Notes: generated by a model not told the origin, from the letters alone. A stretch of DNA of 63,434 nucleotides, filler included, from Basidiobolus ranarum (GCA_040143965.1; 27 parts of 27 records of this genome joined end to end with filler, not necessarily neighbours in it); one strand, 5' to 3'; shown: positions 23,590 to 35,626, counted from the first letter of the whole stretch. Translations and numbers: made by a program.

Positions 23590-24594
23590 ATGAGACTGGC
23601 CTTTCTCTATCACTTCAGTCAGGCTAAATTGGTAGCTGGATCGAATGGGGATCAATATGTTGACTTCGGCTCTGAGAAACCTAGCTTTTCTTCACCAACA
23701 ATGGTGCTCGACGAAAACTGGTACTACAAACATCGTGAGAAGTTCACCACAAAGTACATTGTTCGCCTGATCATCGGTGCACTCGCATTCCAGATGGCAC
23801 TGACCTTACTAGTCCAAGCATTCACCACGAAGTTCCAGATCACTCCAACCATGGCTCTTGGCAACTGCTTGGTGGGTTGGGAGTTCATTCCTGTCTATCT
23901 CACCTCAGCATTCTATGTGTTTGTCCTCTGTCCCCTCTTCATCACCTGGTTGCGTGGGGTCAATGATGCCTATGGGATCAAGCGTGAACTGATGGCTGAT
24001 TTCACACTGGGAGTGACTGCCTTCATCCTATACATTCTCTTTGCTGCACTTCCATCACTTAAGGACACAATCAAAGTATTCCCTGCTGCACATTGGAGTG
24101 TTGTAGCCCTCATGATCAGCCATATATTCAGTATTGTCCTCCCAACCATTGATGCTCTACGAGGTGGTGCGTCTAGTGGTAGCAAGAACTCCAAAATGTC
24201 CTCGTTTGACTCGATGGTCGAGGACCCACAACAATTTGAGGTATTCAAGAGATTCTCTCTTCGTGATTTTAGTGTGGAGAATGCCCTCTTCTTTGAACGC
24301 ATCCAGAAACTTCGCTACAAGACTCAAGATCTAGTGGGTATGGAAGAACTCCCAACCTGGGTCATTCTTGAGATCAACAGCATATACAACACATTTATCG
24401 CAGTCGATTCTGAGTTTGAGTTGAACCTCGAGGCCTCTACTGTGAGAGAGATTCGTCGGCGTTTTCAGACCAACGCGATCCACTTGGACATCTTTGACAG
24501 ATCATTTAAAGAGATTCGTACACTTATGTTCAGATACACCTACCCCAGATTCATCAAGATGGGCCAAAAAAGTCTTGCTGAAACAATAATATAG
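23590..24594 (+). CDS. Multi-TM (7TM) RGS protein, 3' part
   Basis: Several TM helices, then RGS domain FDSMVEDPQQFEVFKRFSLRDFSVENALFFE...IYNTFIAVDSEFELNL...IFDRSFKEIRTLMFRYTYPRF. No introns. Confidence 0.92.
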   Translation: MRLAFLYHFSQAKLVAGSNGDQYVDFGSEKPSFSSPTMVLDENWYYKHREKFTTKYIVRLIIGALAFQMALTLLVQAFTTKFQITPTMALGNCLVGWEFIPVYLTSAFYVFVLCPLFITWLRGVNDAYGIKRELMADFTLGVTAFILYILFAALPSLKDTIKVFPAAHWSVVALMISHIFSIVLPTIDALRGGASSGSKNSKMSSFDSMVEDPQQFEVFKRFSLRDFSVENALFFERIQKLRYKTQDLVGMEELPTWVILEINSIYNTFIAVDSEFELNLEASTVREIRRRFQTNAIHLDIFDRSFKEIRTLMFRYTYPRFIKMGQKSLAETII

Positions 24595-25451
24595 AAGCGA
24601 CATTATCATTGTAAAATCTAGTAGCGCTTATTCTTTTATTAGCATACCTGTAACACTCACATTATTTCTTTTCAGTCAAGATCCTTTACACAATTCCTAA
24701 TAAATATTTCTACCAATGATTTACCGCTTTATGTGTTGCAGTATATTTTCAATATACAAATAAAATAACTCTCAATTACTTACATGCCAACTGCACGCAG
24801 GAATAACCATGTGTTTTCAACACGATTATTAACTGTGAAAAAGAGAGGTATAGGTAATTTCAAAATACATTATTCGACAGTAACTATAATAATCGTAAAT
24901 ATTCTATACACGACTGTATAACCCTATTCCATCTTTTCTGAAGCGGATTACTTCAATATTTCAAGGAGTGGTGGTTTCCTGATAGAAACTACCATCAGAT
25001 ATGTTTAGAAACAGAACAAGATGTATAAACATTATTTGTCGGTGAACTTCAATGTAAATATATAAACTTACGCAAATATATGCTAGCGGTCATGCTGCGT
25101 TGTTTCGTGTTCCAATCACTCTGCTATACAACGAATAGCTCAGTTTTCCTCATCCAAGTTAATAAATAATGGTATTCCTGAGTTGGAAATCATCAATCTA
25201 GACTCCATTCTATCGAATCTACTTTGCCGAATAGGAGGGTGTAAATATGTGTTGATGTGGAGTAAGGGGTGTTCACCTCGCACAGCAGGTACTCCTGCAG
25301 CCTTTTGTCAATAGTTATCTAGTTAATTATAAAAAAGAAAATGATGGTCGAGAGGAAAGCACAAATCAAACTGTTTTTCAAATTTTAAAACAATCCCATT
25401 ACCCGGCATTGAAATCATAAAGGGTGACGTCACAACAAACCAGTTACAACC

Positions 25452-25844
25452 ATGGACAATTGGACAACTTCACAAAAGTTCTACTATCCCGTGACGATTG
25501 GCTGGAACTTCATCCTCATCGCCACCACTTTCCTGTTCATCTCTCAGTATCAGTCACCTGCTATCCGCTACCGAAGCATCACTCTCTCGGTGTTCATGGT
25601 CATTGGAAACTCGTTAGTCACAACACTCTATCTGGGACGAGAGCCAACATACGACAGCTTCCCATGCTTCGTCAATATCTGGGTCTCGTCAATTGGTATG
25701 CCCCTGTGGCTCACCTCAGTGGCTGGTCGATTCATGAGACTGGCCTTTCTCTATCACTTCAGTCAGGCTAAATTGGTAGCTGGATCGAATGGGGATCAAT
25801 ATGTTGACTTCGGCTCTGAGAAACCTAGCTTTTCTTCACCAACA
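25452..25844 (+). CDS. Multi-TM (7TM) RGS protein, 5' part (next tandem copy, or the same gene on a loop)
   Basis: MDNW..TM..PAIRYRS..TM..FPCFVNIW..PLWLTSVAGRFMRLAFLY. 25734-25844 is identical to 23590-23700; joining the parts gives 428 aa. Confidence 0.9.
25734..25844 (+). repeat. 111-bp exact terminal direct repeat of this contig (same as 23590-23700)
   Basis: ATGAGACTGGCC...TCACCAACA at both contig ends. Confidence 0.97.
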
Positions 25845-25944
25845 NNNNNNNNNNNNNNNNNNNNNNNNNNNNNNNNNNNNNNNNNNNNTTAATTAATTAA
25901 NNNNNNNNNNNNNNNNNNNNNNNNNNNNNNNNNNNNNNNNNNNN

Positions 25945-26095
25945 AGATCTTGAAATTTCACTCCTGAAACTGAAAAAATTGATTAAAATCAAATCTAACT
26001 TGACAATTTTATGACGGTAAGTAAATGGTCAATCCCAAATGGATTAAAATTGTGATGGTTTTCCTACAATAACAATCCTCAAATTTCTGTTAGGG
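25945..26095 (-). mobile_element. CACTA/CMC left terminus, reversed
   Basis: Near-identical to the reverse complement of 39812-39961; ends CTGTTAGGG. Confidence 0.9.
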
Positions 26096-26290
26096 TTACC
26101 AATGCCCCTGCAGTCTTTCAACAAATGATGAATGATATCTTCAGAGAGTACCTTGACCAATTTGTGGTAATCAACCTTGACAATATCTTGGTCTTCCCAA
26201 GCTCTCAAGAAGAACATAAAAATCATGTTTCCCAAGTCCTAGAAAAGTTGAAAACCTCTGGTCTCTATGCTAAACTTGAGAAATGAGAAT
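26096..26290 (+). mobile_element. Ty3/gypsy reverse transcriptase fragment
   Basis: FQQMMNDIFREYLDQFVVINLDNILVF..EEHKNHV..VLEKLKTSGLYAKLEK (degenerate YLDD). Confidence 0.85.
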
Positions 26291-26311
26291 TTTTTTTTTA
26301 ATATCCTGCTC

Positions 26312-27000
26312 ATGCCACAGCACAAATGTTTAAAGAAGCTCTGCTTTTATTGTTACAAATTCCTGAGCTATGAAGCACAGGGGCTTCCTAGAAAAAATAT
26401 TCACAAGCACAATCACAGTACAAAGTCCCTAGCTGCACAAAGCCTGTGGAATAACAACAGTAATAATTGTCACAATAAGGAACTGGACAAGGACTGGAAA
26501 CAACAACAAGAGCTTAGAAGGCAAAAGAGTACTTGGGTGTAGCCACAAGACAAGACAAGACTGGACAGTGAAGATACTTTGGCAAGAATCTTTATCAATA
26601 CCTGCTGTTGATCAGATTGAGATCTGATCAAGGAATACCTGAAGCTTATACAGATATTGCAGGGTGAAACATAATATACTGAACAAGTTATATACTGTGG
26701 CAAGTTCAAGTGTCAGGGTATAGGGGACTACAAAGACCAATACAAAGAGGGATGATGTAAGGATGATCAGGTAACCTTCCATGGAAGGTCTTGGCAGAAA
26801 TACACTATGTGTGGGAGATCATGATTGGTTAGGTTTCATGGAATGTTCCAAAGAACATGACTTCCATATTGGGTAACCTGGACAAACTAACACAAGATTG
26901 CCAAGAAAGGATGGTACAGCAGATATGATGTCAAAATATAATAATAGAAGAGTTCTATTAGCAGTGGATGAGTAAGCCAAGATCAGAATCATGACACTAT
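26312..27000. mobile_element. CACTA fragments: transposase start fused to a reversed second-ORF region
   Basis: MPQHKCLKKLCFYCYKF start as at 39030(-) and 49551(+). 26640-26990 matches 39470-39800 in reverse and 42413-42735. Confidence 0.75.
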
Positions 27001-27099
27001 ATCCTCCTTTAGTGATGGCTTCTATACATCCTAGGGCCAGGTTTCTCTTGGTAGGCTTCATGAAACTCCTAGTAAAGTTCCTTGGGGTTTGAAAGATTT

Positions 27100-27797
27100 G
27101 ATGCTGGATACATGATTAAACATTTGTTCAGTGTCCCTTCAGTCCACTAAACGTTGCAATTTAAATCCATAAATCCTGGAATCTAGAATTTAGCTAACTT
27201 CATATTCAGGATGTTCTTCAACTTGGATTGCTAGGAGTGAGTCAACGGATCAGCCCTGGAAGGTGTGGTTAGCATGTGGCTCTAGGGGAGGCACATGGAA
27301 TACATTGTGGACTCTGAAATGGTCAGGGAGTTCTAGGCAGAAGGCTACTGAATTGATTTGCTTAATAATCTTACAAGGTCCCAGTCTTTTGTGATTACGT
27401 TTATCAAAAGCTCTAGTGGTCTTGATATTTTTTGGAGTAGCCGTACTTAATCTCCTGGCTTTAGATCTGTGCTTGGCTTTCTTTTCTTGCCAGCAAAGTT
27501 CTTGTATTAGGATTGAGCATGCTCTAACTCAGATATTAATTGTTCATGGATGTCCTTAAGGAAAGTATCATGGTCTGAGGCAGCAGGGCAAGGTAGAATG
27601 GATGGTGGGTGAATTGTGGAACAAGGATTGAATCTGTAATTTGCCAAGAAAGGAGTTTGTTTTGTTAAGGTATGATAAGAGTTGTTATAAGCAAATTCAG
27701 CAAGAGGCAAGAGTTGTGTCCAATTATCCTGATTATAGTTGACAGTGCATTGCAAACATTGTTCCAAAACTTGATTGACTTTTTTCTGTGTGGCCAT
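27100..27797 (-). mobile_element. Ty3/gypsy (chromovirus-like) integrase C-terminus and degenerate chromodomain
   Basis: VNQVLEQCLQC..NQDNWTQLLPLAEFAYNNS..TPF, GP.KIIKQINSVAF.LELP..RVHNVFHV (GPY/F domain), EYEVS*ILDSR (chromodomain start). Confidence 0.88.
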
Positions 27798-27809
27798 CAG
27801 ATTGTTACC

Positions 27810-28198
27810 ATGCTTTTATAACCAGAATGATGTAGGTAGAAATACAACTTTGGTTAAACCAGTAAGTCAAGACAACTTTGAGGACATGCTGCTAGATGAC
27901 CTTGGTGATTCCAATACTGATGGTAGTATTTCAGAAGATGAAGAAGAAGACAATAGTTTTGTTACAAACTGTTTGTTATTAGCAAGCATTAGTTCACTCA
28001 TAACCCCTAACAAAAATAAAATCAATTTGATCCGGATCGGATCCACCCTCCAAAATAGCAAAACCATCAGAGAACCGTCACAATATTGTTGGCTTGCATT
28101 CTGCCAGGGATTTTGATGGTGTGATGGCGGTTTCTTGACGGTATCTTGGCGGTATTCATATATGTTAAAATATTGATCCTCAAATTTGGCATGCGTTA
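27810..28198. mobile_element. CACTA transposase fragment interrupted by a reversed, well-preserved right terminus (28005-28198)
   Basis: NDVGRNTTLVKPVSQDNFEDMLLD as in other copies, then CCCTAACAAAAATAAAATCAATTTGATCCGGATCGGATCC. Confidence 0.85.
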
Positions 28199-29156
28199 NN
28201 NNNNNNNNNNNNNNNNNNNNNNNNNNNNNNNNNNNNNNNNNNTTAATTAATTAANNNNNNNNNNNNNNNNNNNNNNNNNNNNNNNNNNNNNNNNNNNNAT
28301 TGAAACATCGTTATCGAATGGGTAATGGCCGTTTCAGAACAGTAAGAAGATTTATTTATAGAAGTAGCATATAGCGCAGTAAAAAGGGTTACACTTTGTG
28401 AACCTGTCTGATATGTGTTTCTGAAACATTCTTATTACAATAATACAGCAGATGAGGCTCATGGTAAATACAGGTGAGAAATATGGCTGGTAAAATCGAA
28501 AGAATAGCGTTTCACTTGTATATTTGACCCAGAGTTAGGATGATGAGAAGCACCAACAGGTGTAGTGTTTATTTATTTCTGTAGTAACAAACAAGGAGAT
28601 ATTCAGAATCAATAATACTTAACGTATTGTGATAGTTGAGCATTTTCCCCTTATTTCCGATTTTTGCAATAAAATCAATTTTAAAAGCTGTGAGCTTGTA
28701 AGTTTAGTAAATTTAGAGCGTCAAAAGATTAATACTCCGGCCTTTTCTGTTGACACTGAAGCAAACCTAGCATCTAGAATTACCATCTTTCAAGTCGCCT
28801 TCCGGTAGTTAATCCATAATGAATCAATTTGGTCGTTGGGACGAAGGATTGTTGAAACTAGATACGCATGTAATACACCTCGATAAACATATCTGAGTAT
28901 CCTAGCCATATCTTGAATCCAAACCAGATTGAAGACGCATATCATCGTCGTGATAACTAATGGACTTCGCATGATCATAAGAAAAAAGATCACTAAGGAA
29001 TTGAATGTCACATTTAAGCTGTTACCTAGCAGCTTGCATAAGAAAACAGAACATTCTCAATATGTTGAAAGATTGAAGTAGAGGTACCAAAAGTAGGCAC
29101 GTATTTTATTTGATCATTTCAATATATTTTCATTCTGATCAATCGTAGGTAGAGAG

Positions 29157-29460
29157 TGTTGAAATTAACATAGCCTAAACATCTTTATAGTCATTTATAG
29201 CTTAGTATTTAGTTATCCCATATTGAACTAAGATATCACGAACTATTCGAAATCCGAATTAATTTGGAACATTTTGAAAACTTGTCCTAAAGGCCCCAAA
29301 CTTTCCTGGCACCTTCCTTAACACATTCTACACCTTTGTTTGTTTACCTCTTGACTAAACTATAAATGTCAATTTTCTACTCAATAAATCAATAAGTGAA
29401 AACTACCAATTCTTCTAGTTCGAAAAACCACTTCCAACAAACTCCCAAAATACTTCAACA
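29157..29460 (+). mobile_element. Solo copia LTR (304 bp) with 5-bp target-site duplication GAGAG
   Basis: GAGAG|TGTTGAA...TTCAACA|GAGAG. Internal sequence matches the LTR family at 22670 and 49125. Confidence 0.93.
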
Positions 29461-29565
29461 GAGAGTACCTAAATTTTAGATATTACATCTCGATGTTAGT
29501 ATAAATAGCAAAGAGAAGCAGTCTCTGACAATCACATTCACATACAAGCCCTCTACTCATCAATT

Positions 29566-29908
29566 ATACGTTTCGTACTTGCTTTATTAGTTGTATTGTG
29601 CTCAATTTTCTCTACAATTGCTACGCCAATACCGTTGAATGCTGTGGCAAATATCAACGCTGGGTTTACTAGTATGCCGTCCACTCAGGTAGTTGTGATG
29701 GTGTTAATACTAAGATCAGTATTTGAAAGTGAATATTACCGCGGTTGTTTGCCTTAGGAGTGAGAAAAAGTTGCCTATCGGTGTGGTACCAAGCCCGAGC
29801 ACACAATGCTCCCCCGATGTCGAAGCACGCATTAACGCAATGGGATTAGGCATTCGCGCAATTGTATGTCTTACCGATGGCATCAGAGTTGTTACTACTG
29901 TTCAATAA
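29566..29908 (+). pseudogene. Pseudogene of the secreted C-x18/19-C repeat family
   Basis: Signal peptide with ATA in place of ATG (IRFVLALLVVLCSIFSTIA). Repeats CDGVNTKISI/LKVNITAVVCL (frameshifted) and CSPDVEARINAMGLGIRAIVCL. TATAAATA at 29500. Confidence 0.65.
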
Positions 29909-30696
29909 TAAGGCACTAATAATTATCATTGAATCAACTATTACATGATACATTTTTTGGTTACACAGATTCCTTTCTTCATAAAACTACTAGTTAATTT
30001 GTTTAAAGAAAACACTTTTCTCACAGTAAGATGTAAGTCACCGTTCCAATGATGATCCATGATGAACGCAACAGATCGTTAGACAGCCCAAATACTTTAG
30101 TACTCAGTAGCTACTCTTCAACATCACATTTGAAATCAAGTATACTGCTCTATTAACAATAGCTTGCGCAATCTTCACATTAAATGCACCAATAGCGCTA
30201 GAAACCATGTCATATACCAAAGTCAGCGCTTATATAATGGGCCACAGGCATCTGCTCCTGGAGTGAAATATTCCAATATCGAGCTTTGCTACTGGAGCCA
30301 TTATTTGCCTTGAAAAAGATGTTCGACTGGCTAATAATAATTAATGAAGTGGGCGTTTTTATTTGAAAGCAAACATACAATTTATATTTTCTTTTAGTTG
30401 AACATTCAAAGAGTACACCATCCATTTGAAATTTCAACCCTCTGAAGTCGGAATTGCTAGTAATCGTGGATCACCATGCCACGGTGAAATGGAATCTGGA
30501 AGATGTACTAATCGCCCGTCAAGAGCCGGAAGTTATTGAATCAAAAAACATTNNNNNNNNNNNNNNNNNNNNNNNNNNNNNNNNNNNNNNNNNNNNTTAA
30601 TTAATTAANNNNNNNNNNNNNNNNNNNNNNNNNNNNNNNNNNNNNNNNNNNNCAAATTATCATATCGTTCACGTGGTGCTCCCTTTTCATATAATC

Positions 30697-32851
30697 ATGG
30701 AGACTATGAACACGTCAAGGCGTGTTTGCAATCCCAATGGCCTGTTAGACGTGACTGGATCTAGTTCAAGAGGAAAACGCGGACGCGATGAAGAGGATTA
30801 CGCGACAGATCCTGCATACATCCAAGAGACCGAGAACCCACCAAAAAGGAGGCTTTTATCCGTCTTTGTGGAAGTTGCTAGTCGACTCTTTTCTTGGGTT
30901 GGTGGGTCTAACTCTGAGTCAAGTTTAGAACATAAAAAGAGTGGTCACTCAACGGAGTGTCTCTCACACGAGTTTAAACCGGAAACTACTGATGGTAAAA
31001 AATCGTCGAGATATTATTTTGGTTGACTTGTTGACTCGTATTCTCATATAATTATGTTTATGAAAATAGAGAATACACCGAATAGATTAGATAGAATCAC
31101 GAAAGATGAAAAAGATGAAACCTTAATTGTTGTTGAAGGTAATGCTTTTATTTTTTTACATGATTGATGTACCTAATTTCTCATGCCCTATTCTCTACAC
31201 AAAAAAACAGATACTTTAGGAGCAAGAGATGGAGCAGATATATTTGATGATTTATCTCCAATTCTTACGAGTGAAGCCAAATCTACCTCGAATGGGCTTT
31301 CATACAGCACAGATTTGTCACCCAAATTTGAAACCACCATAATATATAGTGAGTCTGATGAAGAATTTTCAGAGCATTCGCTTTCAATTGATGATACTGC
31401 AATTATGGCCACTTCCAGCAGGAATGCTTCGCCTAGAAAGCTAAATTCCAATCAAGAGACAGTATACCATTTTGAAAGTACAGAAATCAGGGGAACTCCT
31501 CAAAAGGATTCCACCGAACCTATTATTATTGATGACTCGGACGATGAATTGCCAGTGAAGTTACTAAAATCCCCATTTGTACGCTCAACATTTCGCGGGA
31601 AGCCAAACAATGTCCAGAAAATATCAACCAGTGGTGGGTTTAGAAAATCGCGAAAGTCGCCATTATTTGAAGATAGGGTAACGTTCAGATGGATATCAAA
31701 GTTTGTTGAGAAACAATTTTAACATTTCCTACAGAGAAAGAAGCACGTTAAAACGATCACTCGGGAGTTACTTAACGCCTGTGTACCTTTTTCACAGGCT
31801 AAAGACCTAGGTAAGTCTATTTTTCTAAATATTACTGCAGATATATTTAATCTAACTATTCTTCACAATAGGCTATTCGGGAAGTGAGGGGGAATACGCT
31901 GGTAAATGTAAAAGCAATTTCTATATAGTAAAGACAATTATCAATCTCGGTTTCCATCCTTTTAGATTTTACCGATTATGCTAGACAAGTGTACGAAGCT
32001 TCGATTGGTGCGGGACCACAGGATGAAGTGTTTATTTCAAGTAAGCATCTTGATCCACCTACTTTTGCAAAAGACTAAATAGTTCTAATTTTTTTGTCTT
32101 TTCTTCAAGACTTTTTCAGGCCTAGACAGGAAATCGAAACCAAGCAGAAGACTAGTACGCTGAGAAAGGCACTTTTATCTGAGACTCAAACACCTACGAA
32201 GGTACATAATCATGAGTACTGTATAGAGGGCCATTTAAATTCTAACTACATTCAAAAGAAAATCCGTGAAAGTACTTTATCTACGAAGCTAGAGTCTTCG
32301 GGAGAAGAAGAATGGTTGAAGAATCTTCGGGAGCGAATTGAAAAAGCACACTTATTGTAAGATTCATTTGTTTGAAAACTTTCATGACAGTTTCGTAATT
32401 CTTCTTAATGTAATAGTAAATCACCAGAGGATCGTCCATATACTCCGATCTTTGATAAATTGAAGCAACAGGACTTATTGTTAGACCAATTGGTTAGTTC
32501 AAGCTATTATGGCAATTTATCACCGCTATTAAACTTTGTGCATTTCTATAGATTGATGAGCAAAGAGAGAAGGCTAAAGTAAGCTTATTCTTGAACCATT
32601 GTTTTTTAGCTCAACTAACCGCAGCATTTAGCCAAAGCGAAATAATTTTCCCGAGTTGTCGGAGGAAGCGTATGAGACGGTAGCTATTGCTTTTGTTTAT
32701 GAAGTATGATGATGGCGTCTAATTGCTTGCGAGGGTTTAGATTGAATGGGCAGTTGGACCTGGATCTGAAGATATTGTTGATGGCTTTAATGTTACCTTG
32801 AGCAAATCTTATATCCAATCCCTCAAAGATGGAATATGGCTAAATGATGAA
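30697..32851 (+). CDS. Ulp1/SENP-family SUMO protease, many-intron 5' part up to the start of the catalytic domain
   Basis: Long disordered N-terminus with a SIM-like IIIDDSDDE and many short GT-AG introns. Last visible exon VDGFNVTLSKSYIQSLKDGIWLNDE has the peptidase C48 WLNDE motif. Confidence 0.8.
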
Positions 32852-33005
32852 GTAATCCTTTTATTAGCCTACTCCCCCCAATCTGTACTAATCTTTCTTA
32901 TTTCCNNNNNNNNNNNNNNNNNNNNNNNNNNNNNNNNNNNNNNNNNNNNTTAATTAATTAANNNNNNNNNNNNNNNNNNNNNNNNNNNNNNNNNNNNNNN
33001 NNNNN

Positions 33006-33499
33006 TCAGCTATTTGCCAAGTGTCAGTGCTATTCAAAATTTCAGATGTTTAGCAATTTTTCCACTGTTAGTTTGCTGGTAAAGCATATTGATGTTGTTG
33101 AGTTATGTCTAATCAGGCAAATATGTGCATATGTAGAGTCTAAACACAACAAGATTCTTGTATTTTTTGATTCTCATTATTGCTGGAATACAAAGCCTAA
33201 AATATCTAAATAAAGGCATGCATATTAATTGGAATTCCTAAAGCAGTAAACCCAGCAATTTGCCATTTGAAAATTATATTTTTGCAAAAATTGCTGGATA
33301 TTGAATAATGGATGTCAAATTTGAGGACTAATATTTTGATATGTATGAATACTGTTAAGATACCATCAAGAAGCTGCTGTCACACCATCAAAATCCCTGG
33401 CAGAATGCAAGCAAACAATATTGTGATGGTTCTCTGACAGTTTTGCTATTTTGGAGCGTGGATCCAATCCGGAGCACATTGATTTTATTTTTGTTAGGG
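33006..33499 (+). mobile_element. CACTA/CMC 3' end and right terminus
   Basis: Co-linear with 17310-17791; ends TTTTTGTTAGGG. Confidence 0.88.
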
Positions 33500-35150
33500 A
33501 ACAATTCTTGGCTGAATCTGTTGCAACTGCAGTATATATTTAGAATAGATGTTCTTTTAGGTCTCTACTGCCTATGAAACCTTATCAGGCTTGGTTTTGA
33601 AGCAAACCTGATGTGGCTAATATCAGAGCTTTTGGCAGTACCACATATGCAATGATTCCAGACCTAAAGAGATCAAAATTAAACCAAAAAAGCCAAAAAT
33701 GTCTTTTTTTGGTATATTGTGATAGAACTAAAGGGTACAGACTTTATGGCACTGTAAGTAAGAGGCTAATCAAGTGAAGGGATGTGGAATTTGCAGAAGA
33801 AGAAAAATTTTCAATCAAAATAATCCAGGTGCAAGAAAACAACCAAAAATTGATGAAAATACTTCTTTCTGTCACTTGATCCTGATCAGGGAGAAAAACA
33901 TTGAAAATTCTTCATCTGCAGTCACCTCAACTAAGCCTAAGGTGGTTTCATTGCCTAAGAAGGTACTAGAAGTGTAGTGCCAATTTACCATCTTGGGAGA
34001 TCCAATCAGAAGAGATATCCACCTGATTACTACTCTCACACTAGCCAAAAGGAACCTAGTGCTAATTTAACCTATTCTGATGAACGCAAAACAGTACAGG
34101 AGGCTATAGAGAGTACCAACACAAAGTTTTGGAGTGCTGCAATGGCAGAGTAGTATCAGTCACTCATATATAACCAAACTTGGACTTTGGCTCAGTTACC
34201 TGATGACCAAAAATCAATTGGATGCAAATGGTTGTTTAAAGTTAAATAGCAAGCTGGTGGATCTGTAGAAAGATATTACGCCCAACTTGTGGCTATAGGA
34301 TACTCTAAAATGGAAGCAGTGGATTACAGTGAAACATTTGTTCCTGTAGTAAAGTTTAATTCCATCAGAACCATACTAGCAGTAGCAGCAAAACACACCT
34401 TAAAAATCCATCAAATGGTTGTTAAAACTGCCTTTTGAATGGAGACTTGGAAGAGGATATATTCATGAGTCAACCAGATGTTTTGTGGATCCGGAGCACC
34501 CTGAGGATGTGTGTAAGCTTTAATATTTACTCTATGGATTTAAACAATCACCCAGGGCCTGGTACACTAAGATAGATACATACTTGGAATCACTTGATTT
34601 CCAAAAGAGTAAAGTAGATTTTGGGATCTACTTTAAGACATATAAGGATGGCAAGGTGATACTTTCCTCATATGTAGATGGTCTGATTATAGCTACCAAT
34701 TATGTTGAAGCTCTCAGGAATACCAAAAGAGATCTATCAGTCCAATTTAAGATGACCAAATGGGTAAACTTACGTTTTTTTTAGGCATGCAGATCCATAC
34801 AGATATAGTGAGCAAATCTATTACTCTGAATCAGTCTAAATACATCTCAGATATTCTCAGACATTACAGGATGGTGAATTGCTAGCCAGTAGCAACTTCC
34901 ATAGATCCAGATGTGAAACTAGTTAAATATCCTATCAAAAATGATGAAGATCAGCCAACTACGGCACAAAACATGTCTTTTGAAAGCCCTGAGTTCCCTT
35001 ATCAATCTATGGTAGGTAGTTTGTTCTTTGCTATGACTGGAACATGGCCAGATATCTCTTTTGCAGTGGGAGTACTTAGCCATCATTTGCAAAGCCCAAG
35101 ATCTGAGCATTTTTGATCAATTAAGCGGATTATCAGATATATAGAGGTGA
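33500..35150 (+). mobile_element. Degenerate Ty1/copia integrase end and RT
   Basis: FLAESVATAVYI*NR, YCDRTKGYRLY, NQTWTL..LP..KSIGCKWLFKVK, DYSETF.PVVK, LYGFKQSPRAWY, PYQSMVGSL; many stops. Confidence 0.92.
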
Positions 35151-35358
35151 CAAATGTTGAAGTTTATTGTCTTTATCATATATGTTATCCCTATCTTTAT
35201 ACACCTAACTATTTCATATATCACATATTAGTTAGTCAACATTATTTAGTCAAATATCNNNNNNNNNNNNNNNNNNNNNNNNNNNNNNNNNNNNNNNNNN
35301 NNTTAATTAATTAANNNNNNNNNNNNNNNNNNNNNNNNNNNNNNNNNNNNNNNNNNNN

Positions 35359-35626
35359 AGTTACAAACTAGGGGATGAATTTACTTTGTCAGTTACCCAA
35401 AATTGTAATTCGGCAATACTAAATCGGGTAACTTGGTATGGGCTGGCACGATATCTCCAAAAAAATCATCGTGTCCAATTGTGGTGGGATAGTGCCATAT
35501 TGTTCCTTATAGTGTCCAATCAAGTGTTATAGGACCCAGCCATGGTAATTGACAGATCGCGCCAGATGGTGTACTAGCAGGCTGGATCAAGCGGCACAAT
35601 CTGACCTGGTCCGATGGAACAAGTCT
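35359..35626 (-). mobile_element. Terminus of the DDE_Tnp_4 element (younger, CpG-retaining copy)
   Basis: Ends ..GATGGAACAAGTCT|AT; matches 16297-16419 and 18040-18185. Confidence 0.7.

Noticed and set aside
30210-30330. EYFTPGADACG on the minus strand resembling an RlpA/expansin-like motif
   Set aside because: The frame is closed by nearby stops and no supporting downstream motifs were found; too weak to call.
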